From assembly GCA_963814585.1 (NCBI GenBank), contig CAWFDF010000010.1, positions 96,001-160,000 of the forward strand: a DNA stretch of 64,000 nt, read 5' to 3'. Both the position numbers and the translations under genes were made by a program. The notes under the pieces are model-generated. The model saw only the letters and a program-made list of their open reading frames with translations. It was not told where the DNA came from and did not search any database. The stretch is from an uncultured delta proteobacterium (GTDB lineage: Bacteria; Myxococcota; Myxococcia; Myxococcales; Anaeromyxobacteraceae). Of the stretch, positions 1 to 10,908 are shown in pieces; the first letter of the stretch is position 1, and each line of letters begins with the position of its first letter.

Positions 1-36
1 GCTTCCGGAGCGCCGTTCGTCGCCGGGCCGCGGGCG

Positions 37-1002
37 CTACACGAACAGGCTGCTGAGCGAGTCGCCGCCGTGGATCCGCTTGATGGCCTCGGCGAAGAGC
101 GGGGCGCAGGAGAGCGCGCGGATCTTGGTGCAGGCGGCCGCGGTCGGCGAGAGCGGGATCGAGTCGGTCACCACCACCTCCTCGATGGGGCTCTTCTGGA
201 TCCGCTCCACCGCCGGGCCGGAGAGCACGGCGTGGCTGGCGTAGGCGAAGACCCGGGCCGCCCCCTTGTCCACCAGCGCGTTGGCGGCCTGGGTCAGCGT
301 GCCGGCGGTGTCGACCATGTCGTCGAGCAGCACCGCCGACTTGCCGGCCACGTCGCCGATGACGTTGAGCACCTCGGCCACGTTGGCCTTGAGCCGCCGC
401 TTGTCGACGATGCAGAGGGCGGCGCCGAGCCGCTTCGAGTAGGCGCGGGCCCGCTCCACGCCGCCGGCGTCGGGCGAGACGATGACCAGCTCGTCGGCCT
501 TGCCCTCGAACCGCCGGCGCATGTGGTCGAGCAGCACCGGCGCGGCGTAGAGGTGGTCGAAGGGGATGTTGAAGAAGCCCTGGATCTGCCCGGCGTGCAT
601 GTCCATCGAGACCACCCGGGTGGCGCCGGCCGCCTCGAGCAGGTCGGCCACCAGCTTGGCGGTGATGGGGCTGCGCGAGGCCACCTTGCGATCCTGGCGG
701 GCGTAGCCGTAGTAGGGGATGACGGCGTTGATGGTGCCGGCCGACGCGCGCTTGAGCGCGTCGATCATGATGAGCAGCTCCATCAGGTTGACGTTGGCGT
801 CGGAGCAGGTGGACTGGATGATGTAGGTGTCCTGCCCGCGGATGTTGTCGCCGATCTCGACCTGGATCTCGCCGTCGGAGAAGCGGCCCACCATGGCGGC
901 CGAGAGCGGGCGCCCCAGCGTGGCGGCGATGGCCTCGGCCAGCGGGCGGTTCGAGTTGCCGGCGAAGAGCTTGTAGTCGGGCCTGGAACCGTTGGCGGAC
1001 AT
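37..1002 (-). CDS. prs: Ribose-phosphate pyrophosphokinase
   Basis: Motifs [53 protein letters not shown] at 1002 chosen over the upstream ORF-track start. Confidence 0.97.
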   Translation of the reverse strand: MSANGSRPDYKLFAGNSNRPLAEAIAATLGRPLSAAMVGRFSDGEIQVEIGDNIRGQDTYIIQSTCSDANVNLMELLIMIDALKRASAGTINAVIPYYGYARQDRKVASRSPITAKLVADLLEAAGATRVVSMDMHAGQIQGFFNIPFDHLYAAPVLLDHMRRRFEGKADELVIVSPDAGGVERARAYSKRLGAALCIVDKRRLKANVAEVLNVIGDVAGKSAVLLDDMVDTAGTLTQAANALVDKGAARVFAYASHAVLSGPAVERIQKSPIEEVVVTDSIPLSPTAAACTKIRALSCAPLFAEAIKRIHGGDSLSSLFV

Positions 1003-1215
1003 CCGCACCCCCTCTGGAGGAGCCGCCTCAATAGCAGACCGGGGCGACCGGCGTCGACGACCGCGTGCGGCGGATCCACAACCCGCCGCGCCGGCTGGAA
1101 GAACCGGGCGCTGGCCCGGGAGGCGGTGCCTCGACCCAGGCAAGATGACGTGACGAGAGAGCCGAGACCGAAGCGAGGATGCCGGTAACGTCCGGTCGCC
1201 GCGGGGCCCGGATGC

Positions 1216-1521
1216 TCAGCCGCCGTGCAGCTGCTGGTCGGTCCCGGTAGGGCGGTGGGGCGAAGCGCGCTTGGCCTCGACGGCGTAGGCGGCCAGGATG
1301 GCCCGCTCGAACCGCTCGCGGGTCTCGGCGTTGAGCGGGTGGGCCACGTCCTTGAAGCTCCCGTCCTTGCGCCGCTTGGCGGGCATGGCCACGAAGAGGC
1401 CGGTCGTCCCCTGGATGACCTTCAGGTCGCGGACCACGAAGCAGGCGTCGAGCGTGACGGTGACGTAGGCCTTCAGCTTCTCCTCGTCGACCGGGTAGAC
1501 GCGGACGTCGGTGATCTCCAT
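1216..1521 (-). CDS. spoVG: SpoVG family nucleic-acid-binding protein
   Basis: MEITDVRVYP...LKAYVTVTLD..FVVRDLKVI.G..GLFVAMP...FKDVAHP; usual ispE-spoVG-prs context. Confidence 0.93.
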   Translation of the reverse strand: MEITDVRVYPVDEEKLKAYVTVTLDACFVVRDLKVIQGTTGLFVAMPAKRRKDGSFKDVAHPLNAETRERFERAILAAYAVEAKRASPHRPTGTDQQLHGG

Positions 1522-2387
1522 GACGACACTCCAGGCTGCCGCGTCACCGTACGCGCCAGGTGGACCTCGAGGTCCACGCCGGCCGCCGTGCCCAGCGCCC
1601 GCGCCGCTCGCCGGGCCGCTGCCCGGCTGGCGAAGAGGCCGAAGACGGTGGGACCGCTCCCGGACATCAGCGTCGCGGTGGCGCCGGCGCCGGTGAGCTG
1701 CCACGAGAGTCGATCTAAGGCGGGATGCCGGGCCACGCAGGGAGGCTGGAGGTCGTTCCCCAGAAGGGTCGGCCGCCAGCGGCCTGGGCGGGGGAGCGGG
1801 GGGACGGGCCGAGCGCCGCGATCCTCGTCCAGCCAGCGGTAAGCGTCCGCTGCCCGGATGGCCAGGGCGGGAGCGCGTGGATAGAGGAGGACGAGGTGGA
1901 GCGGCGGCACGGTGGCGGGCCGGAGCCGCTCCCCCCGACCGGCCGCCCAGGCCGGCCCCGTCCCGAGGAAGAAGGGGACGTCGGAGCCGATCGAGAGCCC
2001 GAGCTCGGCGAGCGCCGCCGCGTCGTGGACGCGGAAGGCGCGGGCCAGGCAGCGCAGCACCGCCGCGGCGTCGGAGGAGCCGCCGCCCAGCCCGGCGGTG
2101 ACGGGGGTCCGCTTCTCGATCCGGATGGCGACGGCCCGGTCGGTGGGAAAGCGGCGCCGGAAGGCCTCGGCGGCGCGGGCCGCCAGGTTGCCGGCGCCGT
2201 CGAGCTCCCGGTGGCCGGGGACGCGGCAGGTGACCGGGCCGGCGCGGGCGCCCACCCGCACCTCCACGCCGTCGCCGAGATCGAGCGGCACCATCAGGCT
2301 GGCGAGATCGTGGTAGCCGTCCGGCCGCTGCGGACCGACCCGCAGGACGAGGTTGACCTTGGCCGGCGCAGTGGTGACGAGGCGCAC
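1473..2387 (-). CDS. ispE: 4-diphosphocytidyl-2-C-methyl-D-erythritol kinase
   Basis: APAKVNL, GYH, AGLGGGSSDAA (GHMP motif), GSDVPFF, MSGSGPTVF. Confidence 0.96.
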   Translation of the reverse strand: MRLVTTAPAKVNLVLRVGPQRPDGYHDLASLMVPLDLGDGVEVRVGARAGPVTCRVPGHRELDGAGNLAARAAEAFRRRFPTDRAVAIRIEKRTPVTAGLGGGSSDAAAVLRCLARAFRVHDAAALAELGLSIGSDVPFFLGTGPAWAAGRGERLRPATVPPLHLVLLYPRAPALAIRAADAYRWLDEDRGARPVPPLPRPGRWRPTLLGNDLQPPCVARHPALDRLSWQLTGAGATATLMSGSGPTVFGLFASRAAARRAARALGTAAGVDLEVHLARTVTRQPGVSSWRSPTSASTRSTRRS

Positions 2388-2434
2388 GGCCCTTCTCTAC
2401 CACCGACCCGGGGGCGGTCGACTAACATGGAGCG

Positions 2435-2977
2435 ATGGCGATCGCCCCCTACCGCACCGAGGTCCTCCTCTCCGCCGAGCAGATCCGATCCCGCATCGCC
2501 GAGCTGGGGCGTGAGATCGCCCGGCAGCACACCGGCCAGCGGCTCATCTGCGTGGGCGTGCTCAAGGGGAGCTTCATGTTCCTCGCTGACCTGGTGCGCG
2601 CCATCCCGCTGCCCGAGCTGGAAGTGGACTTCATCGGCGTCTCCTCCTACCAGGGCTCGGAGACCACCGGCGTGGTCCGCTTCAGCCACGACCTGGCCCG
2701 CTCCATCGAGGGGGAGGACGTGCTGCTGGTGGAGGACATCGTCGACACCGGCCTGACCGTCCGCTACCTGCTCGACAACCTCGCCACTCGCCACCCGCGC
2801 AGCCTGAAGGTGGCCGCGCTGCTGGAGAAGCCGGCCCGCTCCCGGGTGAAGGTCCCCATCGACTTCAAGGGCTTCACCATCGAGGACCGGTTCGTGGTCG
2901 GCTACGGGCTCGACTTCGACGGGCGCCTGCGGAACCTGCCTCACGTGGCGCTGCTGCACCTGGACCGGCCAGCGTAG
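2435..2977 (+). CDS. hpt: Hypoxanthine phosphoribosyltransferase
   Basis: VLKGSFMF, VSSY, VEDIVDTGLT, FVVGYGLD. Confidence 0.96.
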   Translation: MAIAPYRTEVLLSAEQIRSRIAELGREIARQHTGQRLICVGVLKGSFMFLADLVRAIPLPELEVDFIGVSSYQGSETTGVVRFSHDLARSIEGEDVLLVEDIVDTGLTVRYLLDNLATRHPRSLKVAALLEKPARSRVKVPIDFKGFTIEDRFVVGYGLDFDGRLRNLPHVALLHLDRPA

Positions 2978-3028
2978 CCCATCTCACGCGAGGTGATGGA
3001 CGCGGTGGTCCCCGCGTGCCGGGCCTGG

Positions 3029-4423
3029 CTACCTGGCCGCGGCCTTGAGCTCCTGCACCACGCTGGCGAGCGAGGCCTTGGCGTCGCCGAAGAGCATCGA
3101 GGTGTTGGCGCCGTGGAAGAGCTCGTTCTCGATGCCGGCGAAGCCCGGGTTCATCGACCGCTTCAGGACGATCACCTGCTTCGCCTGGTCCACGTCGAGG
3201 ATGGGCATCCCGTAGATGGGCGAGGACGGGTCGGTCCGGGCCGCCGGGTTGACCACGTCGTTGGCGCCGATCACCAGCGCCACGTCGGCGTTCTTGAACT
3301 GGGGGTTGATCTCCTCCAGCTCCTTGAGCTTGTCGTAGGGGATGTCGGCCTCGGCCAGCAGCACGTTCATGTGCCCGGGCATCCGCCCCGCCACCGGGTG
3401 GACGGCGTAGAGCACCTCGCCGCCGTTCCTCTCGACGAGCTGCGCCAGCTCCCGGACCTGGTGCTGCGCCTGGGCCACCGCCATGCCGTAGCCCGGCACC
3501 ACGATGACCAGGCGGGCGAAGCCGAGCTGGATGGCGGCGTCCTCCGCGGTGATGGAGCGAACCACCACCTCCCGCGCCGCCCGCTCCGAGGCCGGCGGCG
3601 GCGCGCCGAAGGCGCCGAAGAGGACGTTGCCGAAGGAGCGGTTCATGGCCCTCGACATGACCATCGAGAGGATGAAGCCCGAGGCCCCGTCGAGGGCGCC
3701 GGCGATGATGAGGACGTTGTTGCCGATGGCGAAGCCGGTGGCCGAGGAGGCCAGGCCGGCGTAGCTGTTGAGCAGCGAGATGACCACCGGCATGTCGGCG
3801 CCGCCGATGGGGAGGACCAGCGAGACGCCGAAGAGCAGCCCCAGGCCGACCATGGCGAAGAAGGCGGCCGGGTTGGCGGGGTCGACGAGGAGCCAGCCGA
3901 GGAGGCCGGCCGCCGCCGCCAGCATGGCCAGGGTGACCAGGTTCTGCCCCTTGAAGGTGAGCGGCCTGGAGGGGAGGAGCTCCTGCAGCTTGGCGAAGGC
4001 CATGAAGCTGCCGGTGATGGTGAGCGCGCCGAACAGGACCTCGAAGCCCAGCGCCGCCATCTGCCCGCGCCCCACCCGGGCGCCGTTCCCCCGGGACCAG
4101 AACTCGGCCACGCCCACCAGCGTGGCCGCCACCGCGCCGAACAGGTGCGAGATGGCGATCCGCTGCGGCATGGCGGTCATGGGCACGCGGGTGCCGAGCG
4201 GCCAGCCGATGAGCGTGCCAAGCGCCAGCCCGGCCAGGATCCACTCGTAGGTGACGATCTCGGCCTTCACCACCGTGCCGACGATGGCCACCAGCATGCC
4301 GAGGGCGGCCAGCTGCATGCCGCGGCGGGCCTGGTCGGGGATGGTGAGGCCGCGCAGCCCGAGGATGAAGAGGACCGAGGCGACCAGGTAGGCCGCCTCG
4401 GTGAAGAGGAGGCGGGTGGTCAC
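3029..4423 (-). CDS. pntB: NAD(P) transhydrogenase beta subunit
   Basis: MTAMPQ, IGGADMPVVISLLNSY, PGYGMAVAQAQH, HPVAGRMPGHMNVLLAEA, GANDVVNPAA. Confidence 0.97.
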   Translation of the reverse strand: MTTRLLFTEAAYLVASVLFILGLRGLTIPDQARRGMQLAALGMLVAIVGTVVKAEIVTYEWILAGLALGTLIGWPLGTRVPMTAMPQRIAISHLFGAVAATLVGVAEFWSRGNGARVGRGQMAALGFEVLFGALTITGSFMAFAKLQELLPSRPLTFKGQNLVTLAMLAAAAGLLGWLLVDPANPAAFFAMVGLGLLFGVSLVLPIGGADMPVVISLLNSYAGLASSATGFAIGNNVLIIAGALDGASGFILSMVMSRAMNRSFGNVLFGAFGAPPPASERAAREVVVRSITAEDAAIQLGFARLVIVVPGYGMAVAQAQHQVRELAQLVERNGGEVLYAVHPVAGRMPGHMNVLLAEADIPYDKLKELEEINPQFKNADVALVIGANDVVNPAARTDPSSPIYGMPILDVDQAKQVIVLKRSMNPGFAGIENELFHGANTSMLFGDAKASLASVVQELKAAAR

Positions 4424-4719
4424 CGCTCCTCCTTCTTGCGCGGGGCGTGCCTGAACATCTTGAGCATCCGGTCGGTGATGATGAAGCCGCCCACCACGTT
4501 GATGGTGGCGCTGGTCACCGCGATGAAGCCGAGGATGCTGGCCGTGAGCCCGTGGTCCGAGCCGGCCAGCACCAGCGAGCCGACCAGCGAGATGGCGCTG
4601 ATGGCGTTGGTGGCCGACATGAGCGGCGTGTGGAGCAGCGACGGCACCCGGGTGATGACGAAGAACCCCACGAACCCGGCCAGCAGGAACACGTAGATCT
4701 GGATGAGCTCGAGGTCCAT
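4420..4719 (-). CDS. pntAb: NAD(P) transhydrogenase alpha subunit, membrane part (PntAb)
   Basis: LHTPLMSATNAISAI, NVVGGFIITDRMLKMF; overlaps the pntB start by 4 bp. Confidence 0.94.
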   Translation of the reverse strand: MDLELIQIYVFLLAGFVGFFVITRVPSLLHTPLMSATNAISAISLVGSLVLAGSDHGLTASILGFIAVTSATINVVGGFIITDRMLKMFRHAPRKKEER

Positions 4720-4721
4720 GG

Positions 4722-5819
4722 TCAGCGCACCCTCCCCTGGTGGACCACCAGCATGGCGCCGGTGATCTCGTCGGCCGGGTCGAGCCTCGGCGTCCCGGCG
4801 CCGGCCGAGAGGTGCTGCAGCAGGGTGAGCACGTTGCGGCCGTACTGCTGGCTGGCGTGGAAGGGCAGGGTGGCGGCCAGCAGCACCGGCCCGAGGATGG
4901 TGACGCCGCCCGCCACCACCGTCTCGCCCGGCCGGGTGAGCTCGCAGTTGCCGCCGGTCTCGGCGGCCAGGTCCACGATCACCGAGCCCGGCTTCATGCC
5001 CTGGACCGCGGCGGCGCCGAGGAGCCGGGGTGCCGGCTTCCCGGGGATGGCGGCGGTGCAGATCACCAGGTCCATCTCCCTCACCTGGGCGGCGATGGCC
5101 GCCAGCACCCGGTCCTGATCGTCCCGGCCGAGCTCGGCGGCGTACCCGCCCTGGCCCTCGGCGGCGACCGCCGCGACCTCGACGAAGCTGGCGCCCAGCG
5201 ACTGGACCTGCTCCTTGACCGCCGGCCGCACGTCGAAGGCCGAGGTGATCGCGCCGAGCCGCCGCGCCGTGGCCAGCGCCTGCAGGCCGGCCACGCCGGC
5301 GCCGATCACGAAGACCCGGGCCGGCGCCAGGGTGCCGGCGGCCGTGGTCATCATGGGGAGGACGCGCGGCAGCGCCGAGGCGCCGAGCAGCACGGCCTTG
5401 TAGCCGGCCAGCGAGGCCTGCGACGAGAGGGCGTCCATGGCCTGGGCGCGGGAGATGCGGGGGACCAGCTCCATCGCCAGGGCGTCGACGCCGCGGGCCG
5501 CCAGCCGCTCGAGCAGCGGCCGCGACCGCGCCGGCTGCAGCAGGCCGACCAGCAGGGAGCCGGCCGGCAGCCGCTCGACCACCTCCGGCGAGGGGCCCTG
5601 CACGGCCACCACCACCTCGGCGCCCTCGAGCGCCTCGGCGGCCCCCGTCACCCGCGCGCCCGCCGCGGCGTAGGCGGCGTCGAGGAAGCCGGCCGCCTGG
5701 CCCGCCTCCCGCTCCACCCGGACCTCGTGGCCCCCCTTCACCAGCCGTGCGACATGGTCCGGCACCAGGGCCACTCGCCGCTCGCCCGGCGCGGATTCCT
5801 TCAGGACCGTGACGCGCAT
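4722..5819 (-). CDS. pntAa: NAD(P) transhydrogenase alpha subunit, NAD(H)-binding domain (PntAa)
   Basis: ERRVALVP, PRISRAQAMDALSSQ, GAGVAGLQA, VDLAAETGGNCE. Confidence 0.96.
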   Translation of the reverse strand: MRVTVLKESAPGERRVALVPDHVARLVKGGHEVRVEREAGQAAGFLDAAYAAAGARVTGAAEALEGAEVVVAVQGPSPEVVERLPAGSLLVGLLQPARSRPLLERLAARGVDALAMELVPRISRAQAMDALSSQASLAGYKAVLLGASALPRVLPMMTTAAGTLAPARVFVIGAGVAGLQALATARRLGAITSAFDVRPAVKEQVQSLGASFVEVAAVAAEGQGGYAAELGRDDQDRVLAAIAAQVREMDLVICTAAIPGKPAPRLLGAAAVQGMKPGSVIVDLAAETGGNCELTRPGETVVAGGVTILGPVLLAATLPFHASQQYGRNVLTLLQHLSAGAGTPRLDPADEITGAMLVVHQGRVR

Positions 5820-6023
5820 GGCCCCTCGTCCGTAGTCCCGGTGGGCCGGAGGTCATAGACCCCTTGAGGGTCTGCGCCCTGTTGGACGGGACGGCGCTGG
5901 CCCCGCCCCGGTCCCGGCTCTCGCCTCACGTCATCATGCCTGGACGGGGCACCGGGTTGACGACCTCGAGGAGGACCGAATGCCACGGTGCGACCGTCGC
6001 GCGAACGTGCCTACCATTGCCGC

Positions 6024-6524
6024 ATGAGCGTACCCGGGGGGGGCGCCGCTCATCCGGGCGGCGACGATCGGTTCGGCGTTCTCGACGCGGCGATGCGCCG
6101 TCACCAGCGGCGGGCCGACGCGCTCCTCGAGCTGCTGCACACGACGCAGGAGCTCTTCGGCTGCCTCTCCGACGACGCGCTGCGCTTCCTGGCGCGCGGC
6201 CTCGGCCTGCCGCTCTCGCGCGTCTACGGCGTCGCCAGCTTCTACAACCTCTTCACCTTCGCGCCGCGGGGCGAGCACACCTGCACGGTCTGCCTGGGGA
6301 CCGCCTGCTACGTGAAGGGGGCGGGCGACATCCTGGCCGGGCTCGAGTCGGCGTGCGGCGTGAGGCCTGGCGAGACCACTGCCGACGGCCGGCTCTCGGT
6401 GGTGGTAGCCCGCTGCATCGGCGCCTGCGGCGCGGCCCCGGCGGTGGCCTTCGACGAGGACCTGCGCGGCGGGCAGACCCGGGCCGGCGTCCTGGCCCGG
6501 GCGAAGGCGTGGACCGGGCCATGA
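6024..6524 (+). CDS. hoxE: Bidirectional hydrogenase subunit HoxE (NuoE-like 2Fe-2S protein)
   Basis: VYGVASFY, CTVCLGTACYVKG, RCIGACG; first gene of a hox cluster. Confidence 0.88.
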   Translation: MSVPGGGAAHPGGDDRFGVLDAAMRRHQRRADALLELLHTTQELFGCLSDDALRFLARGLGLPLSRVYGVASFYNLFTFAPRGEHTCTVCLGTACYVKGAGDILAGLESACGVRPGETTADGRLSVVVARCIGACGAAPAVAFDEDLRGGQTRAGVLARAKAWTGP

Positions 6525-8209
6525 ACGGCGAGGAGCTGCGGGCCACCGCGGAGCGCGAGGCCAGCCGGCGGGCAGCCTTCCGCCACCGCGTCAGCGTGTG
6601 CGGCGCCGCCAGCTGCCGGGCGCTCGGCTCGGCCGAGGTCCGGACCGCACTGGAGCGGCGGGTGGAGGACGCCGGCCTGGGCCGGGAGGTCGAGGTCTGC
6701 GGCTCCGGCTGCCTGGGGCTGTGCCACGCCGGTCCGCTGGCGCAGGTCGACTCCCAGGACGACGAGGGGCACGCCGGCCGCACGCTCTACGGGCGACTCC
6801 AGGCCTCGGACGCCGACCGGGTGATCGGTGAGCACCTGGCCGGCGGGGCGCCGCTCGAGGACCGGCGGCTGCCGCTCGACACCCCCTTCTTCAACCGCCA
6901 GCAGCGCGTGGTCCTGGCCGGCTCCGGCCAGCTCGACCCGGAGCGGATCGAGACCTGCATCGCCGCCGGCGCCTGGCACGCCCTCCACCGGGCGCTCACC
7001 GAGCTGAGGCCCGAGGAGGTCGTCGCCGAGGTGACGCGGAGCGGCCTGCGCGGCCGCGGCGGCGCCGGGTACCCGACCGGCCTGAAGTGGTCCACGGTGG
7101 CCAGGGCGCCGGGCGCGCCCAGGTTTGTCGTCTGCAACGCCGACGAGGGCGACCCGGGCGCCTTCATGGACCGCTCGATCCTGGAGGGCGATCCCCACCG
7201 CGTGCTGGAGGGGATGGCCATCGCCGGCTACGCGGTCGGCGCCGGGCAGGGGTACGTCTACGTCCGCGGCGAGCACCCCCTCGCCATCGAGCGGCTCCGG
7301 ACCGCCCTCGAGCAGGCCGGGCGGCACGGGCTCCTCGGCCACCGCATCCTCGACACCGGCTTCGACTTCCGCATCGACCTGCGCATCGGCGCCGGCGCCT
7401 ACGTCTGCGGCGAGGAGACGGCGCTGATCGCCTCGATCGAGGGGCGCCGGGGGACGCCGCGCCCCCGCCCGCCCTGGCCGGCCCAGGCCGGGCTCTGGGG
7501 GCTCCCCACGCTGATCAACAACGTCGAGACCTTCGCCAACGTCCCCTCGGTGATCCGGAACGGCGGCGCCTGGCTGGCGGCCATGGGGACCGAGAGGTCG
7601 AAGGGCACCAAGGTGTTCGCCCTGGCCGGGAAGATCGTCAACACCGGCCTCATCGAGGTGCCGCTCGGCACCACCCTTCGCCAGATCGTCTACGAGCTCG
7701 GCGGCGGAATCCCCGGCGGGAAGGCGTTCAAGGCGGCGCAGACCGGCGGGCCGTCGGGGGGCTGCATCCCGGCCCGGTTCCTCGACCTCCCGGTGGACTA
7801 CGAGTCGCTCCTCGAGGTGGGCTCGTTCATGGGCTCGGGCGGCCTCATCATCCTCGACGAGTCGAGCTGCATGGTCGACCTGGCGGCCTTCTACATGGGC
7901 TTCTGCTGCGACGAGTCCTGCGGCAAGTGCATCCCCTGCCGCGCCGGCACCGCGCAGCTGCTCGGCCTGCTCCAGCGGATCCAGCGCGGCGAGGGGCGCG
8001 AGGCCGACCTCGACCAGCTCGAGGAGCTGGCCGGGCTGCTCCAGGCCACCAGCCTCTGCGGGCTCGGCCAGGGGGCGCCCACGCCGGTGCTCTCGACGCT
8101 GCGCTGGTTCCGCGACGAGTACCTGGCCCACGTCCGGGAGCGGCGCTGCCCGGCTGGCGTCTGCGCCATGGCGGCGAGGGCCCCGGCGCCCGCGGAGGCA
8201 CGGCCGTGA
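6521..8209 (+). CDS. hoxF: Bidirectional hydrogenase diaphorase subunit HoxF (NuoF-like)
   Basis: [54 protein letters not shown]-terminal 2Fe-2S domain. Confidence 0.92.
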   Translation: MNGEELRATAEREASRRAAFRHRVSVCGAASCRALGSAEVRTALERRVEDAGLGREVEVCGSGCLGLCHAGPLAQVDSQDDEGHAGRTLYGRLQASDADRVIGEHLAGGAPLEDRRLPLDTPFFNRQQRVVLAGSGQLDPERIETCIAAGAWHALHRALTELRPEEVVAEVTRSGLRGRGGAGYPTGLKWSTVARAPGAPRFVVCNADEGDPGAFMDRSILEGDPHRVLEGMAIAGYAVGAGQGYVYVRGEHPLAIERLRTALEQAGRHGLLGHRILDTGFDFRIDLRIGAGAYVCGEETALIASIEGRRGTPRPRPPWPAQAGLWGLPTLINNVETFANVPSVIRNGGAWLAAMGTERSKGTKVFALAGKIVNTGLIEVPLGTTLRQIVYELGGGIPGGKAFKAAQTGGPSGGCIPARFLDLPVDYESLLEVGSFMGSGGLIILDESSCMVDLAAFYMGFCCDESCGKCIPCRAGTAQLLGLLQRIQRGEGREADLDQLEELAGLLQATSLCGLGQGAPTPVLSTLRWFRDEYLAHVRERRCPAGVCAMAARAPAPAEARP

Positions 8210-8922
8210 CGGTCCGGACGCTCAGCATCGACGGGCGCCCGGTCTCGGCCGTGGAGGGCGAGACCATCCTCGAGCTCTGCCGCGAGCACGGCATCCCGCT
8301 CCCCACGCTCTGCTTCCTGGAAGGGCTCTCGGCGGTGGGGGCCTGCCGGCTCTGCCTCGTCGAGGTGAAGGGCTCGCCCCGGCTCCAGGCCGCCTGCGTG
8401 CTGCGCGCCGAGGAGGGGATGGAGGTCTCGACCGCCACCGAGCGGCTGCGGCGCTACCGGCGGCAGATCGTCGAGCTGCTGCTCGCCGAGCGGAACCACG
8501 CCTGCGCCACCTGCGCCGCCAACGGCCGCTGCGAGCTCCAGCAGGTGGCCTACGCCGTCGGGATCGACCACGTCCGCTACCCCTACCTCCACCCCGCCAC
8601 CGCGCTCGACGCCTCGCACCCGCGGTTCACGGTGGACCACGGGCGCTGCATCCTCTGCTCGCGCTGCGTCCGGGTCTGCGACGAGGTGGAGGGGGCGCAC
8701 ACCTGGGACGTGGCCAGGCGCGGGCGCCTGGCCCGCGTGATCACCGACCTGGCCCAGCCCTGGGGCACGAGCGAGTCCTGCACCAGCTGCGGCAAGTGCA
8801 TCCAGGTCTGCCCGACCGCCGCGCTCCTCGAGAAGGCGCAGGTGCCCTGCGGCGCCGTGAAGCGCCGCGAGTTCCTCACCGCCCGGCGCGGCGCCAACGA
8901 GAGGAAGCCATGGGAGCACTGA
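8206..8922 (+). CDS. hoxU: Bidirectional hydrogenase subunit HoxU
   Basis: IPTLC-like, [48 protein letters not shown] overlaps the hoxF stop. Confidence 0.92.
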   Translation: MTVRTLSIDGRPVSAVEGETILELCREHGIPLPTLCFLEGLSAVGACRLCLVEVKGSPRLQAACVLRAEEGMEVSTATERLRRYRRQIVELLLAERNHACATCAANGRCELQQVAYAVGIDHVRYPYLHPATALDASHPRFTVDHGRCILCSRCVRVCDEVEGAHTWDVARRGRLARVITDLAQPWGTSESCTSCGKCIQVCPTAALLEKAQVPCGAVKRREFLTARRGANERKPWEH

Positions 8923-9482
8923 CCGCCCCGCCCGCGTCCGGGTCGTCGAGGCCCCGGCTGGCCACCGCCTGGCTGGGCGGCTGCTCCGGCTGCCACATGT
9001 CGTTCCTGGACCTCGACGAGCGGCTCCTCGACCTGGCCGGCCGGATGGAGCTGGTCTACTCGCCCATCATGGACGTGAAGGTCTACCCCGAGGGCGTCGA
9101 CGTGGCGCTGGTGGAGGGGGCCTGCGCCAGCGAGGAGCACCTCGAGACCGCCCGGACCATCCGGGCGCGCAGCCGGCTGGTGATCGCCTTCGGCGACTGC
9201 GCCGTGACCGGCAACGTGACCGCCCTGCGCAACGCCCTGGGGGGCGCGCTGCCGGTGCTGGAGCGGGCCTACCGGGACGCCGCCGACCTCCACCCGGGAC
9301 TCCCGGGCGAGCCGGGCCTGGTGCCCCGGCTCCTCGACCGGGTGCTGCCGCTCCACCAGGTCGTCGACGTCGACGTCTGGCTCCCGGGCTGTCCCCCGGA
9401 CGCCGACCTGATCCACGCCGTGCTCCTCGACGCGCTGGCGGGGCGGGTCCCGGACCTCTCCGGCCGCCTCCGGTACGGGTGA
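8910..9482 (+). CDS. hoxY: [NiFe]-hydrogenase small subunit HoxY
   Basis: [31 protein letters not shown]. Confidence 0.93.
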   Translation: MGALTAPPASGSSRPRLATAWLGGCSGCHMSFLDLDERLLDLAGRMELVYSPIMDVKVYPEGVDVALVEGACASEEHLETARTIRARSRLVIAFGDCAVTGNVTALRNALGGALPVLERAYRDAADLHPGLPGEPGLVPRLLDRVLPLHQVVDVDVWLPGCPPDADLIHAVLLDALAGRVPDLSGRLRYG

Positions 9483-9485
9483 CCC

Positions 9486-10908
9486 ATGGGCCGCCGCCTC
9501 GTCATCGATCCCGTCACCCGCATCGAGGGGCACGCCCGGATCTCCATCCACCTCGACGACGCCGGCCAGGTGGTGGACGCGCGCTTCCACGTCACCGAGT
9601 TCCGCGGCTTCGAGAAGTTCTGCGAGGGGCGCTCCTTCCTGGAGATGCCGGTCATCACCTCGCGCATCTGCGGCATCTGCCCGGTCTCGCACCTGCTGGC
9701 TTCGGCGCGGGCCGGCGACCACCTGCTGGCGGTCCACCTGCCGCGCCCGGCGAGGCTGCTGCGCCAGCTGGTCAACCTGGCCCAGCTGGTCCAGTCGCAC
9801 GCGCTCTCCTTCTTCCACCTCTCCTCCCCGGACTGGGTGCTCGGCTACGACGCCGATCCGGCCACCCGGAACCTGCTGGGGATGGCGGCGGCGCGGCCGG
9901 AGCTGGCGCGCGAGGGGATCCGGCTGAGGAGGTGGGGGCAGGACCTCATCGCCACCGTGGCCGGGAAGCGAATCCACCCGGCCTGGGCCGTCCCCGGCGG
10001 CGTGGCCACCGGGCTCACCGCCGAGGGGCGGGAGCACCTCCTGGCCGGCTTGCCCGAGGCGCTGGGGACGGCGCGCCGGACCCTGGAGGACTTCAAGCGG
10101 ACGCTCCCCGACCACGAGGAGGAGGCGCGGGTCTTCGGGAACTTCCCCTCGCTCTTCATGGCGCTGGTCGGGCCCGACGGCGAGCTGGAGCACACCTTCG
10201 GCAAGCTCCGCTTCGTGGACGAGCGGGGCCAGGTGCTGGCCGACCAGGTGGACCCGGCGGACTACGCCGACTGGATCGGCGAGGCGGTCGAGCCCTGGAG
10301 CTACCTCAAGTTCCCCTACTACCGGCCCCTCGGCTACCCGGCCGGCCTCTACCGCGTCGGCCCGCTGGCGCGGCTCAACGCCTGCAGCGCGCGCCGGCAC
10401 GCCGCTGGCCGAGGCCGAGCTGGCCGGGTTCCGGCAGCACGGGCAGGGCGCGGTGCTCTCCTCGTTCCACGCCCACCACGCCCGGCTCATCGAGATCCTC
10501 TTCGCCATCGAGCGCATCGCCCAGCTCCTCGACGACCCGGAGATCCTCTCCGGCGACGTCCGCGCCGAGGCCTCGCGCAACGCGCTGCGCGGGGTGGGGT
10601 GCTGCGAGGCGCCACGCGGGACGCTCTTCCACGACTACCAGGTGGCCCGGGACGGGCTGCTCACCCGCGTCAACCTCCTCATCGCCACCGGCCAGAACAA
10701 CCTGGCCATGAACCGGACCGTGGCGCAGATCGCCCGCCACTTCCTGTCCGGCCGCACCATCGAGGAAGGGCTGCTCAACCGCGTCGAGGCCGGCATCCGC
10801 GCCTACGATCCGTGCCTCTCCTGCTCGACGCACGCGGCCGGGCGGATGCCGCTGGTGGTCGAGCTGCGCGGACCGGCGGGGGAGCTGATCGATTCGGCCG
10901 GGCGGTGA
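9486..10908 (+). pseudogene. hoxH: [NiFe]-hydrogenase large subunit HoxH (group 3d), frameshifted near 10390 as sequenced (probably a sequencing error)
   Basis: DPVTRIEGH and [10 protein letters not shown] in the first frame; EAPRGTLFH and [10 protein letters not shown] in the shifted frame; one extra base at ...AAC GCC TGC AGC G CGC GCC GGC ACG. Confidence 0.9.

Noticed and set aside
1040..1110. tRNA on the minus strand (GCGGG-TTGTGGA-TCCGC resembles an anticodon arm)
   Set aside because: No GTTCRA T-loop, D-arm or acceptor stem
1473..1521. 49-bp ispE/spoVG overlap as a frameshift
   Set aside because: All IspE motifs are complete before the overlap; a short C-terminal run-on is unremarkable at this GC content
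8910..10908. Selenocysteine-containing hydrogenase
   Set aside because: All metal ligands are Cys codons; no in-frame TGA
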